Shown piece by piece: positions 42,201-51,403 of a stretch of DNA of 64,000 bases. Under the pieces are notes generated by a model. It did not search any database and had not been told where the DNA came from. It saw only the letters and a program-made list of their open reading frames with translations. The stretch is from Carcharhinus amblyrhynchos. Its lineage: Eukaryota. Position 1 is the stretch's first letter, and every line of letters begins with the position of its first letter. Position numbers and translations under genes: made by a program. The stretch covers positions 3,224,001 through 3,288,000 of the forward strand of contig OZ336876.1 of the NCBI GenBank assembly GCA_965287045.1. Reading direction: 5' to 3'.

Positions 42201-45200
42201 NNNNNNNNNNNNNNNNNNNNNNNNNNNNNNNNNNNNNNNNNNNNNNNNNNNNNNNNNNNNNNNNNNNNNNNNNNNNNNNNNNNNNNNNNNNNNNNNNNNN
42301 NNNNNNNNNNNNNNNNNNNNNNNNNNNNNNNNNNNNNNNNNNNNNNNNNNNNNNNNNNNNNNNNNNNNNNNNNNNNNNNNNNNNNNNNNNNNNNNNNNNN
42401 NNNNNNNNNNNNNNNGTAAATTTACGTTTACATTTGAATTCAAATGATGATAAAGACAGCATATTACTTTATATGCTGGTGAGCGGGGAAGTGCCAACTC
42501 CAACTCCATTGCTTTGGCTTCTGCTTTGTATTTGTTGAATTCCATAGATTGTGTACTCTGTTAAATTTGTTCGGTGGGTTACAGGCGGATCTTGGAGTAG
42601 TGAGGAAAATTGTATCCACCAAAACTATAAGGCATGAATTGTCGCAGCGAACCTGCTGACTTACTTCCAGACAGCGTTGTTATGTGCTAGCAAGTTATGG
42701 CGTGACGATCAAGACAAAAGACAATCAAGATTACTTTGAAATCGAAGGGTGACATTTATATATAGGTATTCAAGTGGAAGATTCCAATTGGAAGAGGTGT
42801 GATTGCCATTACGACTGAACTAGCATAACCGTTTCCACATTATTTTATAATTGACCATAGATTGTCAGAATCCTTACGGTGTTCTGGAGGAACAGTCAAA
42901 TATGCTGGAAATGTCGATTGCTTCCTTCACCACAGGCGCCCACAGACCTGCTGAAATTTGCCTAATATTAGTAATTATTATTCCCGATTTCATCTATATG
43001 CGGAATATTGTATTTGTAATTGCTTTAACGGAGTAGGTTGGCTAAATACTGAGAAATGAATTCACTGGGCTCTATTGCAGGAATACAGCGTGTTGTGCAT
43101 CAGCTACTGAACAATGAAACAAGATAAATTGGGGAAATTAAACGCAATAAAAATAACATAGCTTGTCCATCTTGAATTCAAATGCTGCATCGTACTGTAA
43201 AATGTACGACGCATGCCGAAAAGCACATTGTCAAGAATTGCAGATCGTAAAATGTATAAGCAAAGTTCATGGTTTTCCCCATAAAATGTGCCAGGTATAA
43301 ACGCACAAACATCTTCATGGAACCATAATATGTATCACCACTTTGGATTTCAGATCGACCATTACAGCCCACTCTGTCTCTGGAAGTTAAACAGGACGCT
43401 TTCCTAACAAGGGGCACAATCACGATGACTTGCACGGCTTTGAGCTTTTACGCGGGGAGCACATTTTATTTGAAGAAAGTTGGTGAAGCATATCCAGTTG
43501 CTTCACGAACTGCGACAGAGGGAGCGTACAGTATTACCTTCTCAATCCAAGATGTGGATGTAAGCAGCAGTGGGAATTATACATGCCACTATCAAACAAG
43601 CAAAAATGGAACTTTTACCAACTCAACCAGCAGTATATCAGTGCATTTAGCCGTTACAGGTAAGCAAGATCCAACCATCGAGTCAATAAGCTATGATCAA
43701 CGTTTTAGAGACAAGGGAAAGCATTTTATTTCTCCCCACCCGCTCCCCTTTCACACACACACAGACCTTTCCCCCCCTTCTCACTCTCACTCATATCTGC
43801 AGACACATAGACATACAGAAACAGAGCCAAATGTGCGCACACAAACACAAACACACACCCACAAGCACACACATTTCCCCCTTCTCAATTCGCTTCCATT
43901 CATTCGCTTCCATCCCTCTGTCTGTTTCGATCTTAACTGCATAGCATGGTGCTTTTTTTTACGTCTATGCATCTCTCTCTCTCTCTGTCTCTGTGTGTTT
44001 TGCTATATCGATGTCTCGATTTGTCTCTCTCTAGGTCTTTATCTGTCTGTTTCTGTCTCACCACTCTACCTTTCTCCTGTATACCTGGAGAAATGTGCAT
44101 TACTGTTTGCACTGACTACGAGACACTAGCTTCAGGTCGCATCTCAGAAAGAGACAGACTTTCACAGAACGGCACTGAATACATTCTGCCGCGGAAGAAG
44201 TGCCAACTCTCAGAAGAATGCAGTTAATGAAAGAATAAAATCGTTCACCGTTCTCACTCTCTTTTCTTATAGATCAGCTCCCGATGAGGTTGGTCAAAGG
44301 TAGAAGCTCTTGTTCTGGAAGGCTGGAAATATATTATCATGACAGATGGGGAGCAGTCTGTGATGAAGGTTGGGACATGCTTGACGCAAATGTCGTTTGT
44401 AGGCAATTGAACTGCGGGGCCGCAGCTCCCGGAATTGGTGATAATGGAGGACCGGCTGGGCTTTTCTGGTTGGCAGATCTTCGGTGTAATGGCAATGAAA
44501 CTGGTGTGATGCAGTGTCCTAGAGAAACTTTGGGAGAGCACAACTGCAACCATGGAAAGGCAGTTTATATTACTTGCACAGGTATGGTTAGATTTAGATT
44601 TGATTTGATTTGTTATTTTCGCACGTATTATGTGGTGAAAGTTATTGCATGCTGTACAGACAAAGCATTTTTTCGCATAGTATATGTAAGGGAGAAGGAA
44701 AGGAGATGGCGCAGAATTTGGTTCTTCAGTCATAGCTAGGATATTTACGAAAATCAGTTTAGTATAAGATAGGTCCAATCAAATGAAAGATGACAGCAGG
44801 GACAAACTGTTCTTGAGGGATTTGGAATGTGACATCAGACCTATGTGTATATTTCTTCCGATAGAAGAAGGTGGAAGAGACTACGTCCGGGAAGCGTGGA
44901 ATTCTTGGTTATGCCGGCTGTTTTTTTTTCGGAAGCACCAGGAAATATAGATAGACTCAATGGATGGGAAGCAGGTTTGCTTGCTAGACTGGGCTACGTC
45001 CAGAATACGTTTGATATTTTGTGGACTTGGCCAAAGCAGGAGCCATACCAAGATGTGAACCATCCGGAACTAATGCCTCCTATGGTGCATGTGTAACAGC
45101 TGGCAAAATTCGTTGCAGACATGCTAAATTCACATAACCTCCTGCGAATGCAGAGGAGATGTTGGGCTTTCCCAAATATAGAGTAGGCATGGAAGGATCA

Positions 45201-48200
45201 GGTCAGGTTATTAGTGGACTCGATGCCTAGTGAAGTGAAGATCTCGACTATTACCACTTTGTCCCTTTTGGTGTAGACAGCAGCCTTCACTACGCGTCCT
45301 GTATTTGATGAATATCATATTCATCTTGCTAACATTGAGGGAGAGATTAATTTCATCACACCATTTCACAAGGTTTTTTTTTATTTACTTTACTCCGTCA
45401 AATCATTGTTTGAGATCCTACCCACGATGGTGGTGTCAGCAGCAAAATTGAAACCGGAGGCGGAGTAGAGTATGGCCGCACCGTGATAAGTGTGTGAGGA
45501 TTATAATCAGGGTCGGAGGACGCAGCCTCGCGGGGCAGCAGTGTTGAGGATTATCGTGGAGAAAATTTCGTTGCCTTGGCTTGCTACCTGCGATTTGTGG
45601 GTTACGAAGTCCAGGCTGCAATCGGAAAGGAAGGGGCCGAACACTCGGTCACGGTGCTAGGAGATGAGTTTTGAAGGAATAATGATGTCAAAGGTTGAGC
45701 TGCAATCAATAATTAGGAGTCTGATATAGGTGTCTTTATTAACCAGGTTTTCCAAGGTTGAGTGTAGGGCCAGGCAGATAAGATGCGTTGTGGAACTGTT
45801 GCGGTGATTAGCAAACTATAGTGGATCCAGGCAACCTGGAACGCCGGAGTTATTCTGTGCCATGACTACCCTTACAAAGCACCTGATAATGATGGATGTG
45901 AGAGCCACCGGGCGATAGTTATTTAAGTACGCTCTCTGGCTAATACATAAGAACATCTGCAAATCATTTCATTTGATTTGATTCATTATTGCCGCATGCA
46001 TTATATACAGCGAAAAGTATTATTTCTAGTGTGTTGTACAGGTAAAACATACAGGGATATTGAAGGAAAGGGTAGAGTTTAGAATGTGTCGTTACAGTTA
46101 TAGGTGGCTGTAGTGAATGGTTGTTTTATTGCGAGGTAGGTTCATTCAAATGTCTGACGGCAGCAGGGAAGAAGTTGTTTTTGAATCGGTTGGTACGCGT
46201 CCTCAAAACGTTGCATCATGTTCCCTGATGGAAGAAGATGCCAAAAAGTTGGAGTGGATGAGATATTTGATTATACTGGCTGCTTTTCCGACACTGCGGG
46301 AAGTGTAGACAATGTCCATGGATGGGAGGCTGGCTTGAGCGATAGACCCTGTAAAAATGTTTTTACGATTACATGTTTAATGATCAAGTACAAATTGCAA
46401 CTTTAAGATTTATTTCATCTTCAGCCAAGTAAAAACAATATTCAAGAAGGTAAAACATATGCATGCCTGGTANNNNNNNNNNNNNNNNNNNNNNNNNNNN
46501 NNNNNNNNNNNNNNNNNNNNNNNNNNNNNNNNNNNNNNNNNNNNNNNNNNNNNNNNNNNNNNNNNNNNNNNNNNNNNNNNNNNNNNNNNNNNNNNNNNNN
46601 NNNNNNNNNNNNNNNNNNNNNNNNNNNNNNNNNNNNNNNNNGGGTGTTTGTGTTTATTGGTGTGTGAGAGATGTCGAATGAGTTTTTTTTAATTCCTGTG
46701 TTCATATGACTGAGTGTGGGTATATGTGAGAGAGAATAGAGAGTGAGTAACGATACGTGTTTGAGTGATAGTGTACGGTAATGTGCCAGTTTGATTGTAT
46801 GAGTGTTTGTGTAGGAGAGCGAAAGTGAGAGATAACGAGTGATTGAATGAGAGTCTTTGTCAGTGTGTGTCATTATCATTGTGGAAAGTGTGTGTGGTGT
46901 GTTTGTGTGAGATTTTGGGAAATGCGAGGAGCTTTTTTTATAGCACTGCCCACTAGAACGCAATTGTCCTTTTGAAGTGCATTTGTCTTAAAATGTGATG
47001 GTTGCTTCTGAAGGTAGTTTTTATCGACTACAAATACATTTGTTATCATTGTTGTTTGCCCTTATATGGCATGTATAGCTCAGTTTTTTTTAATGTATAT
47101 ATGACGCAACACGAGGCGGTCTATACAATGGTGACCGTTACTAATCGTCCTGTTTGATGCAGTGACCTAAGTAGACTGTGACACAAACTTCGTTCAACTT
47201 GTTTCCTTCATTTTCTTGCCTCAGATGCTTGTGTTTTTCCCTTGACAAGGTTTGTACAAATGAGTCTGACGACGTATAACTTTATTGTTACTTCCTATAG
47301 AGCAAATTCAAGCCAGGCTGATGAATGGGGAAAATAACTGTTCAGGAAGATTGGAGGTATATTACAACGGAAGCTGGGGAACAGTGTGTGATGATAACTG
47401 GGACATATCCGACGCTGAGGTTGTCTGCGCACAGCTGCATTGTGGCTTAGCTGTCTCTGCCCCTGGAAAAGCCAAATTTGGGGCTGGGAATTCGCGCATC
47501 TGGCTTGATGAGGTTCAGTGCAATGGGTTAGAAGGAAACCTATGGGAATGCCAAAAAAATGCCTTGGGTCAGCACAATTGCAACCACAAAGAAGATGCAT
47601 CTGTCGTTTGCAGAGGTACTATTAGCTTTTCATTGATTTTGTTGCGAATAAAGCATGAGACATTTGCATTTCTGGCGAGGTACGCAATTTTTGCTCATGC
47701 TAATTTGATTCTTCGGAAAGTGATTCTAAGCTACCATGCTGAAAGGCTGCAGTCCGTGGGGTGTTTTTGGACCCATGGTGTTGTTACAGAGCTGCGACCC
47801 AAAGAGAGAATTCAATGAGTTCTTCGAAAACGTATGAAGTTTATTTCACATATAGTACCAGAAAACTGAAATTATTAACGATTCTGAAGCTCATGTGAAA
47901 GTGGAGGAATTATCTGGATGTGCAGGGGAGTCGAGTGGCGGCTTGGTTGATTGTGTTGCCAAGGCTCATTGTGTGATGTTTTCTTCATGGAATAGCCGTT
48001 GATACTGTCAATTTTATTTGTATAATAGAAAAATGAAATAGTTTCACCAGATTTTCTGAACTAACATCCTTCCCTGGGCAGAATACCAATGAAGGGATGT
48101 CCCGATTTTTAGGGGAAGGAACTAAATAAAAACACAACGTTTAACCTGTGCCCGAGCTGTGAAGTCCATTAATATATCTACGTTTTAGCCCGATTTATCC

Positions 48201-51061
48201 TTGAAAAAGCTGTCAGTCTGTTTCAGATATTACTAACAGCCAAATCCATTATCTGAATCTATGGCCTCATAAGTTAAATTATTTGTTGATCACTATTAAT
48301 TAATTGCATGTGCCGATAGGGACTGTTGGTGGAATACGAGTTAATAATAAAATAAAGTCCATCGCAGAAAGTTACACAATGGGGAACAGATTGACTGGAG
48401 ATTGGGACCTGTGCTTCTCAATTCCTGATTGAAATACAGCTCTATCTTCCGAAAACTTGTCTTCATTCTATTGGTTTTGATTGTATTTATAGATCAACCG
48501 CTTCAGCTCATTTTGTCTTTGGAAAGGATATCTGGTATCTTCATTGCAAGAGAAATAATAAGAATGACCTGCAGAGCATTGAACATTTACGCAGGAAGTA
48601 GCTTTCTTCTGATGAAAGCCGGTGAAGTTCATCCAATTGCTACACAATATGCTCCAAATGGAACAGCGAGCGTTACTTTCACTCTCCTGGATGTGGATGC
48701 CAGGGAAGATGGCGATTACACGTGTCGCTACCAAACACGCAAATCAGGGCATATTTCCAATCCAACAAGCAGCAACTCCGTGCATGTATACGTAACAGGT
48801 AGGTGAAAACGCAGACCATACTTTACTCCCTGATTTGTTGCCAACCCCATAACTGCACTTAATTTACTTACTTTTTTGTTGCTGCACCATTAAAATTGTG
48901 ACCATGAAATTACATGAAGGCCCACCAAGCGAGACGTCAACAATTAACCGTTTAATTTTGATGATTACTTTTACAGGCAATCGGTATTAGATTCATGGCC
49001 ATCCTTACTGCCGCTGGCTTTCAATCCCTAATTGATTTATATCCTACCATCAATGTTGCTGTTTTCGAATCAATGCCGTAGAATTTAGCAATCTGTTGAA
49101 ATCAGTGCCATCCCACCGAGTCCTAACACTGGAATATAAAAGTAACTAGAGGAGTTACATCCTCAAATTTACTTTTCTGTATCTCTAACGCAGGAACTCG
49201 CACCGTTTACAACAAAATAGTAGCCCAGAATACCCAACAAATCAACTCTTTTATGTAGAACACTTCGCTGAACATTTTGAGTTGCATCTCATTCACTGCA
49301 GCGTGGTTTCTCCAAATGTCTGTTTCTTCTCAGATGGACTCAATAACACATTATGACAGAAATGGACAGACTCCATCCTGACTCAATAAAACGGTTTCTC
49401 CACAAAGCCCATTGCAGTCGTCAGAAATGCGTGGCTCTAAATCTATAGTCCTTGTGTTACAGAGTTTCTAAACAATCCAAAATGAATCGAATTGCAAGAA
49501 TCATTTTGGGGTTGGGGTTGTGGTTGGGGTTGGGGGGAGGGGGTCATTAGACGGAGCACAGCTCATTTGCAGATGGAAATGTACCCCAATATTGGAGCTT
49601 TGTTCAATGTTGTTGAAGCCATACTTAAAGAAAGCACATTGTCTAATGAGGAAACTAAATCATCAGAATCAGGAAATTAAATTTATCCTGTTCATTCCTT
49701 GCAAAAAACGTGACATCAGAGAGATATAGCACTCCATTAAGACATCAGCTCATGTCTGTCACTCAACCATATCTTATGTTATATATCTGAAAAGTTATAA
49801 AACTCACTGATCCATAAAATATTAACAGCATTAAATATCTGTCATTTTCCATGTATTTTCTGACGCCATACCAGTAAAGAAAAAACAATTCTCAATTCAC
49901 GTTTTAAGTTGATGACCTTTCAGCTGAACACCACATGCCATGCGATTCTTCCTTTATTAAACCCTGGGTTGATTTTGTGTTAGGAATTCAGCCCTTCAAT
50001 GCATGATGGTCAATAATTTACCTTGTCCGTTGTCATGTCTTTTAGATGAGCTTCCAATACGGTTGACAAATGGCACACATTTTTGTTCCGGAAGAGTGGA
50101 AACTTATTATAACAATTCCTGGAGAGCAGTCTGCGATGATCATTGGGATGTGCTTGATGCAACTGTTGTATGTAGGCAATTAGCATGTGGAACGGCTCGA
50201 TCAGCTCCTGGCGGTAATCACTTCGGAACAGCGCCAGGTCCTTTCTTGTTTGATGACGTTCAATGCAATGGGACAGAATCTACTCTTTTGGAGTGTGAAA
50301 TGAGCCCCTTGGAACAAAACAACTGCAGATCTGGCCAGACTGCATCTGTTATTTGCGCAGGTAAAGTTGGGGATTTGATTGACGATGTAATACTTATATC
50401 ATAACGTATCAGAAGTATCAAGTGCAAATGATCCTACTGATGGAGACGCCATTGTGACACTGAGTTTCCCCTTACAGTAAAAAAAAGTGTTGAATGTCAA
50501 ATGGAACAATATAGCCTTTCAAAACATCTGCCATTTCGCCACAAATTGATTAGATAGAACATGTGGTTCTACGCATCATTTTATGGATATCCCTTTGCTT
50601 TTCCAATACCTCCTTAAAACGTTAACGTTCATGTTCTAAGGAGAAAGAGACAATTCCTATTTAAAAAAATGCTTCATCATCTGCAAGTATTCTGTTTACC
50701 TTCTTCTTCTGCGTGTAATGGCATTTGTTGCATCAATCACAAGTAAACGTGTATTATTTGCTAGAGGTCTCTAGAATTGCTGACATATACTCATGTGGCT
50801 TTTCACAATTTGTTCAGCAAAGCACAACAAATTCGTGTCGAACGTATTGTACAGTCCCTGTAACTTTATATAAGAGCTCGCAAATGGGAAAAAGGGGATC
50901 TGGAAGCATGGATTATTTTATTTTTTGTGTGGAAATTTCGTCAGGAAAGAGGTAATATTATGATCGGGACCGGATTTGGAAGACCAAACTGCTGAGGCGA
51001 ATATAATAATCCGCATTTTGTCTAACGGGTTTTCTTTTTTTTTACAACAGAACTTCGCTAG
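2238..51061 (+). CDS. Multi-exon gene (5'-partial): mosaic protein (SRCR-A/SRCR-B/Ig)x7 + SRCR-A + ELR stop, probably secreted; could be auto-annotated as DMBT1-like or CD163-like
   Basis: 22 open exons of 300-315 nt, all multiples of 3, phase 1-1 with AG/GT ends, in strict A-B-Ig order; 6855 coding nt plus a candidate terminal exon. Confidence 0.9.
3755..4012 (-). mobile_element. CR1 LINE 3' end
   Basis: taagacattggagcagaattaggc..agattcaccgccttctggttgaggaaattcctcctc, same tail as the 34515 copy. Confidence 0.7.
4450..4764 (+). CDS. Exon SRCR-B1 (divergent: Cys2 lost, extra Cys after Cys7)
   Basis: aatag|AA ACA TTT CAA; [39 protein letters not shown]; CAG|gtatag; 315 nt. Confidence 0.92.
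5073..6900. mobile_element. Rex1/Babar-like LINE: minus-strand copy (about 5073-5885 and 6346-6900) interrupted by a plus-strand 3' fragment (about 5886-6345)
   Basis: Translations [28 protein letters not shown] and IIMKCF..LPDCLD..QLAY..NRST; (CAAAT)n-like tails at 5073 (minus) and about 6320-6345 (plus). Confidence 0.75.
7140..8900 (-). mobile_element. Old CR1 LINE fragment
   Basis: Minus-strand remnants WS...[10 protein letters not shown]...FARL and HLERTN; boundaries approximate. Confidence 0.65.
8944..9170 (+). mobile_element. tRNA-derived SINE (HE1-like), internally deleted
   Basis: ggttagcactgctg..ctccggtttcctcccacactccaaa..gaatcggtgcagacacgatggg; related copies at 15310, 41140, 53190. 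Confidence 0.7.
10341..10646 (+). CDS. Exon Ig1 (C2-type, LRC-like Ig domain)
   Basis: ttccag|AT CGT CCA; [42 protein letters not shown]; CAG|gtgagc; 306 nt. Confidence 0.95.
11669..11746. repeat. (TG)39 microsatellite, with degenerate TG runs from about 11520
   Basis: Direct reading. Confidence 0.98.
11847..12161 (+). CDS. Exon SRCR-A2
   Basis: acttag|AC CAG ATC; [26 protein letters not shown]; CAG|gtacag; 315 nt. Confidence 0.95.
14098..14412 (+). CDS. Exon SRCR-B2
   Basis: cttcag|AA GCA TTT; [32 protein letters not shown]; CAG|gtacgt; 315 nt. Confidence 0.95.
15310..15635 (+). mobile_element. HE1-like SINE ending about 30 nt before the Ig2 acceptor
   Basis: gggcacggtggcaccgtggttattaccactgcctcacag..gggacccggg..tgtggagtttgcatg..ctgtactgtaggaaatct. 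Confidence 0.75.
15663..15962 (+). CDS. Exon Ig2 (2-codon deletion, extra Cys)
   Basis: tttcag|AT CGA CCG; [31 protein letters not shown]; CAG|gtaagc; 300 nt. Confidence 0.94.
17293..17607 (+). CDS. Exon SRCR-A3
   Basis: ccacag|AT CAG GTG; [26 protein letters not shown]; CAG|gtaact; 315 nt. Confidence 0.95.
18951..19265 (+). CDS. Exon SRCR-B3
   Basis: caatag|AA CGA TTT; [32 protein letters not shown]; CAG|gtatgc; 315 nt. Confidence 0.95.
19468..19565. repeat. Imperfect tandem duplication, 2 x 49 bp, AT-rich
   Basis: atatacatataatgcatt(t/c)acaatat.. occurs at 19468 and 19517. Confidence 0.85.
20792..21097 (+). CDS. Exon Ig3
   Basis: ttacag|AT CGA CCA; [28 protein letters not shown]; CAG|gtaaac; 306 nt. 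Confidence 0.95.
22379..22693 (+). CDS. Exon SRCR-A4
   Basis: ctttag|AT GAG TTG; [26 protein letters not shown]; AAG|gtataa; 315 nt. Confidence 0.95.
23808..24310 (-). mobile_element. CR1 LINE 3' end
   Basis: Minus translation [35 protein letters not shown]; gaacataagaa tail. Confidence 0.85.
26273..26587 (+). CDS. Exon SRCR-B4
   Basis: acctag|AT AAT TTC; [32 protein letters not shown]; CAG|gtagtc; 315 nt. Confidence 0.95.
27431..27736 (+). CDS. Exon Ig4
   Basis: tcacag|AT CGA CCA; [28 protein letters not shown]; CAG|gtaagg; 306 nt. Confidence 0.95.
29189..29503 (+). CDS. Exon SRCR-A5
   Basis: tttcag|AT CAG ATC; [26 protein letters not shown]; CAG|gtaaag; 315 nt. Confidence 0.95.
29760..31210 (-). 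mobile_element. CR1 LINE fragment with a nested Rex1-like 3' fragment (about 30300-30670)
   Basis: Minus translation [11 protein letters not shown]; CR1 tail at about 29765; Rex1-type tail tttgatttag..tattggtatacagtgaagagtattg inside. Confidence 0.7.
32330..32644 (+). CDS. Exon SRCR-B5
   Basis: caccag|AT CAA TTT; [32 protein letters not shown]; CAG|gtagaa; 315 nt. Confidence 0.95.
32808..33400 (-). mobile_element. Rex1-like LINE 3' end
   Basis: (tttga)n tail, then tgatggcagcagggaaaaatgctgttcttgaatc, as in the 5073 copy. Confidence 0.7.
34203..34508 (+). CDS. Exon Ig5
   Basis: ttgcag|AT CGA CCA; [28 protein letters not shown]; CAG|gtgagt; 306 nt. Confidence 0.95.
34515..35223 (-). mobile_element. 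Young CR1 LINE 3' fragment (ORF2 C-terminus open for 198 aa)
   Basis: ORF 34611-35207: [36 protein letters not shown]. Confidence 0.92.
36725..37039 (+). CDS. Exon SRCR-A6
   Basis: tgttag|AT ACA ATC; [26 protein letters not shown]; CAG|gtaggg; 315 nt. Confidence 0.94.
37570..38395 (+). mobile_element. Young CR1 LINE 3' fragment, same subfamily as the 34515 copy, opposite strand
   Basis: [22 protein letters not shown]..; tail ttcttatgttcttatgttctt. Confidence 0.92.
39193..39221. repeat. (AC)n microsatellite
   Basis: Direct reading. Confidence 0.9.
41140..41430 (+). mobile_element. HE1-like SINE
   Basis: cacagtggcagagtgattatcactgctacctcacagcaccaaggacctgtgttcgaatcccggc (A/B-box-like head)..gatgggccgaatagcttccttctg. 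Confidence 0.8.
41722..42036 (+). CDS. Exon SRCR-B6
   Basis: aactag|AT AAT TTT; [32 protein letters not shown]; CTG|gtacgt; 315 nt. Confidence 0.95.
42123..42415. other. Assembly gap (293 N) in the B6-Ig6 intron
   Basis: N run. Confidence 1.
43354..43659 (+). CDS. Exon Ig6
   Basis: tttcag|AT CGA CCA; [36 protein letters not shown]; CAG|gtaagc; 306 nt. Confidence 0.95.
44273..44581 (+). CDS. Exon SRCR-A7 (2-codon deletion)
   Basis: ttatag|AT CAG CTC; [27 protein letters not shown]; CAG|gtatgg; 309 nt. Confidence 0.94.
44595..46345 (-). mobile_element. Two adjacent Rex1-like LINE fragments (about 44595-45940 and 45965-46345)
   Basis: (tttga)n tails at about 44595 and 45970; bodies similar to the 5073-6900 copy. 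Confidence 0.75.
46473..46641. other. Assembly gap (169 N) next to a degenerate TG/GA low-complexity tract (to about 46910)
   Basis: N run. Confidence 1.
47301..47615 (+). CDS. Exon SRCR-B7
   Basis: ctatag|AG CAA ATT; [32 protein letters not shown]; GAG|gtacta; 315 nt. Confidence 0.95.
48493..48798 (+). CDS. Exon Ig7
   Basis: ttatag|AT CAA CCG; [28 protein letters not shown]; CAG|gtaggt; 306 nt. Confidence 0.94.
50046..50360 (+). CDS. Exon SRCR-A8 (last intact domain)
   Basis: ttttag|AT GAG CTT; [26 protein letters not shown]; CAG|gtaaag; 315 nt. Confidence 0.95.
51051..51061 (+). CDS. Candidate terminal coding exon (E-L-R-stop), followed by 3' UTR
   Basis: Branch point CTAAC 51022-51026, long T tract, acaacag| acceptor; phase-1 reading (G)AA CTT CGC TAG. 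Confidence 0.65.
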
Positions 51062-51403
51062 CAAGCTAATAATTCAGGAGATTTCAGCCGATTTATTGAC
51101 GCATATCCGGTAACCTGAACGGATGCAACTGAAATGAGTTTACATTTAATATTGCTGATGCTCGCGTCCTTTGAGATCCACTGAGATATTGCAAATATCC
51201 AACCAGAATTTCATTATGCATCGCCACATGTTATGCTTTCTCGTTGGCTTCTAATCTTACATAATCATAACCTTGCCTGCTATTGAGTAACAACAATGAA
51301 TAGTGTAAGCACAATGACAACTAATGCTTTAACAAGTCATTTGCATGAAATCAAATGCGAAGTTTGTATCTCCCTATAATCGAAATGCAGAGTAAGCAAA
51401 GCA

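Noticed and set aside
42123-46641. The two N gaps hiding extra exons
   Set aside because: The stated gap sizes (293 and 169) are smaller than a domain exon with its splice signals and the A-B-Ig order is unbroken across both, although gap sizes are only estimates
14035-47600. Recurrent antisense ORFs over SRCR exons (RQL..H..CP.H.H..P)
   Set aside because: Shadow frames of conserved sense codons; no splice signals or independent coding features
48429-48492. Hydrophobic [12 protein letters not shown] before Ig7 as a signal peptide or TM segment
   Set aside because: It is the translated T-rich polypyrimidine tract; the start is TTG, and the nearest upstream AG (48439) is the wrong phase
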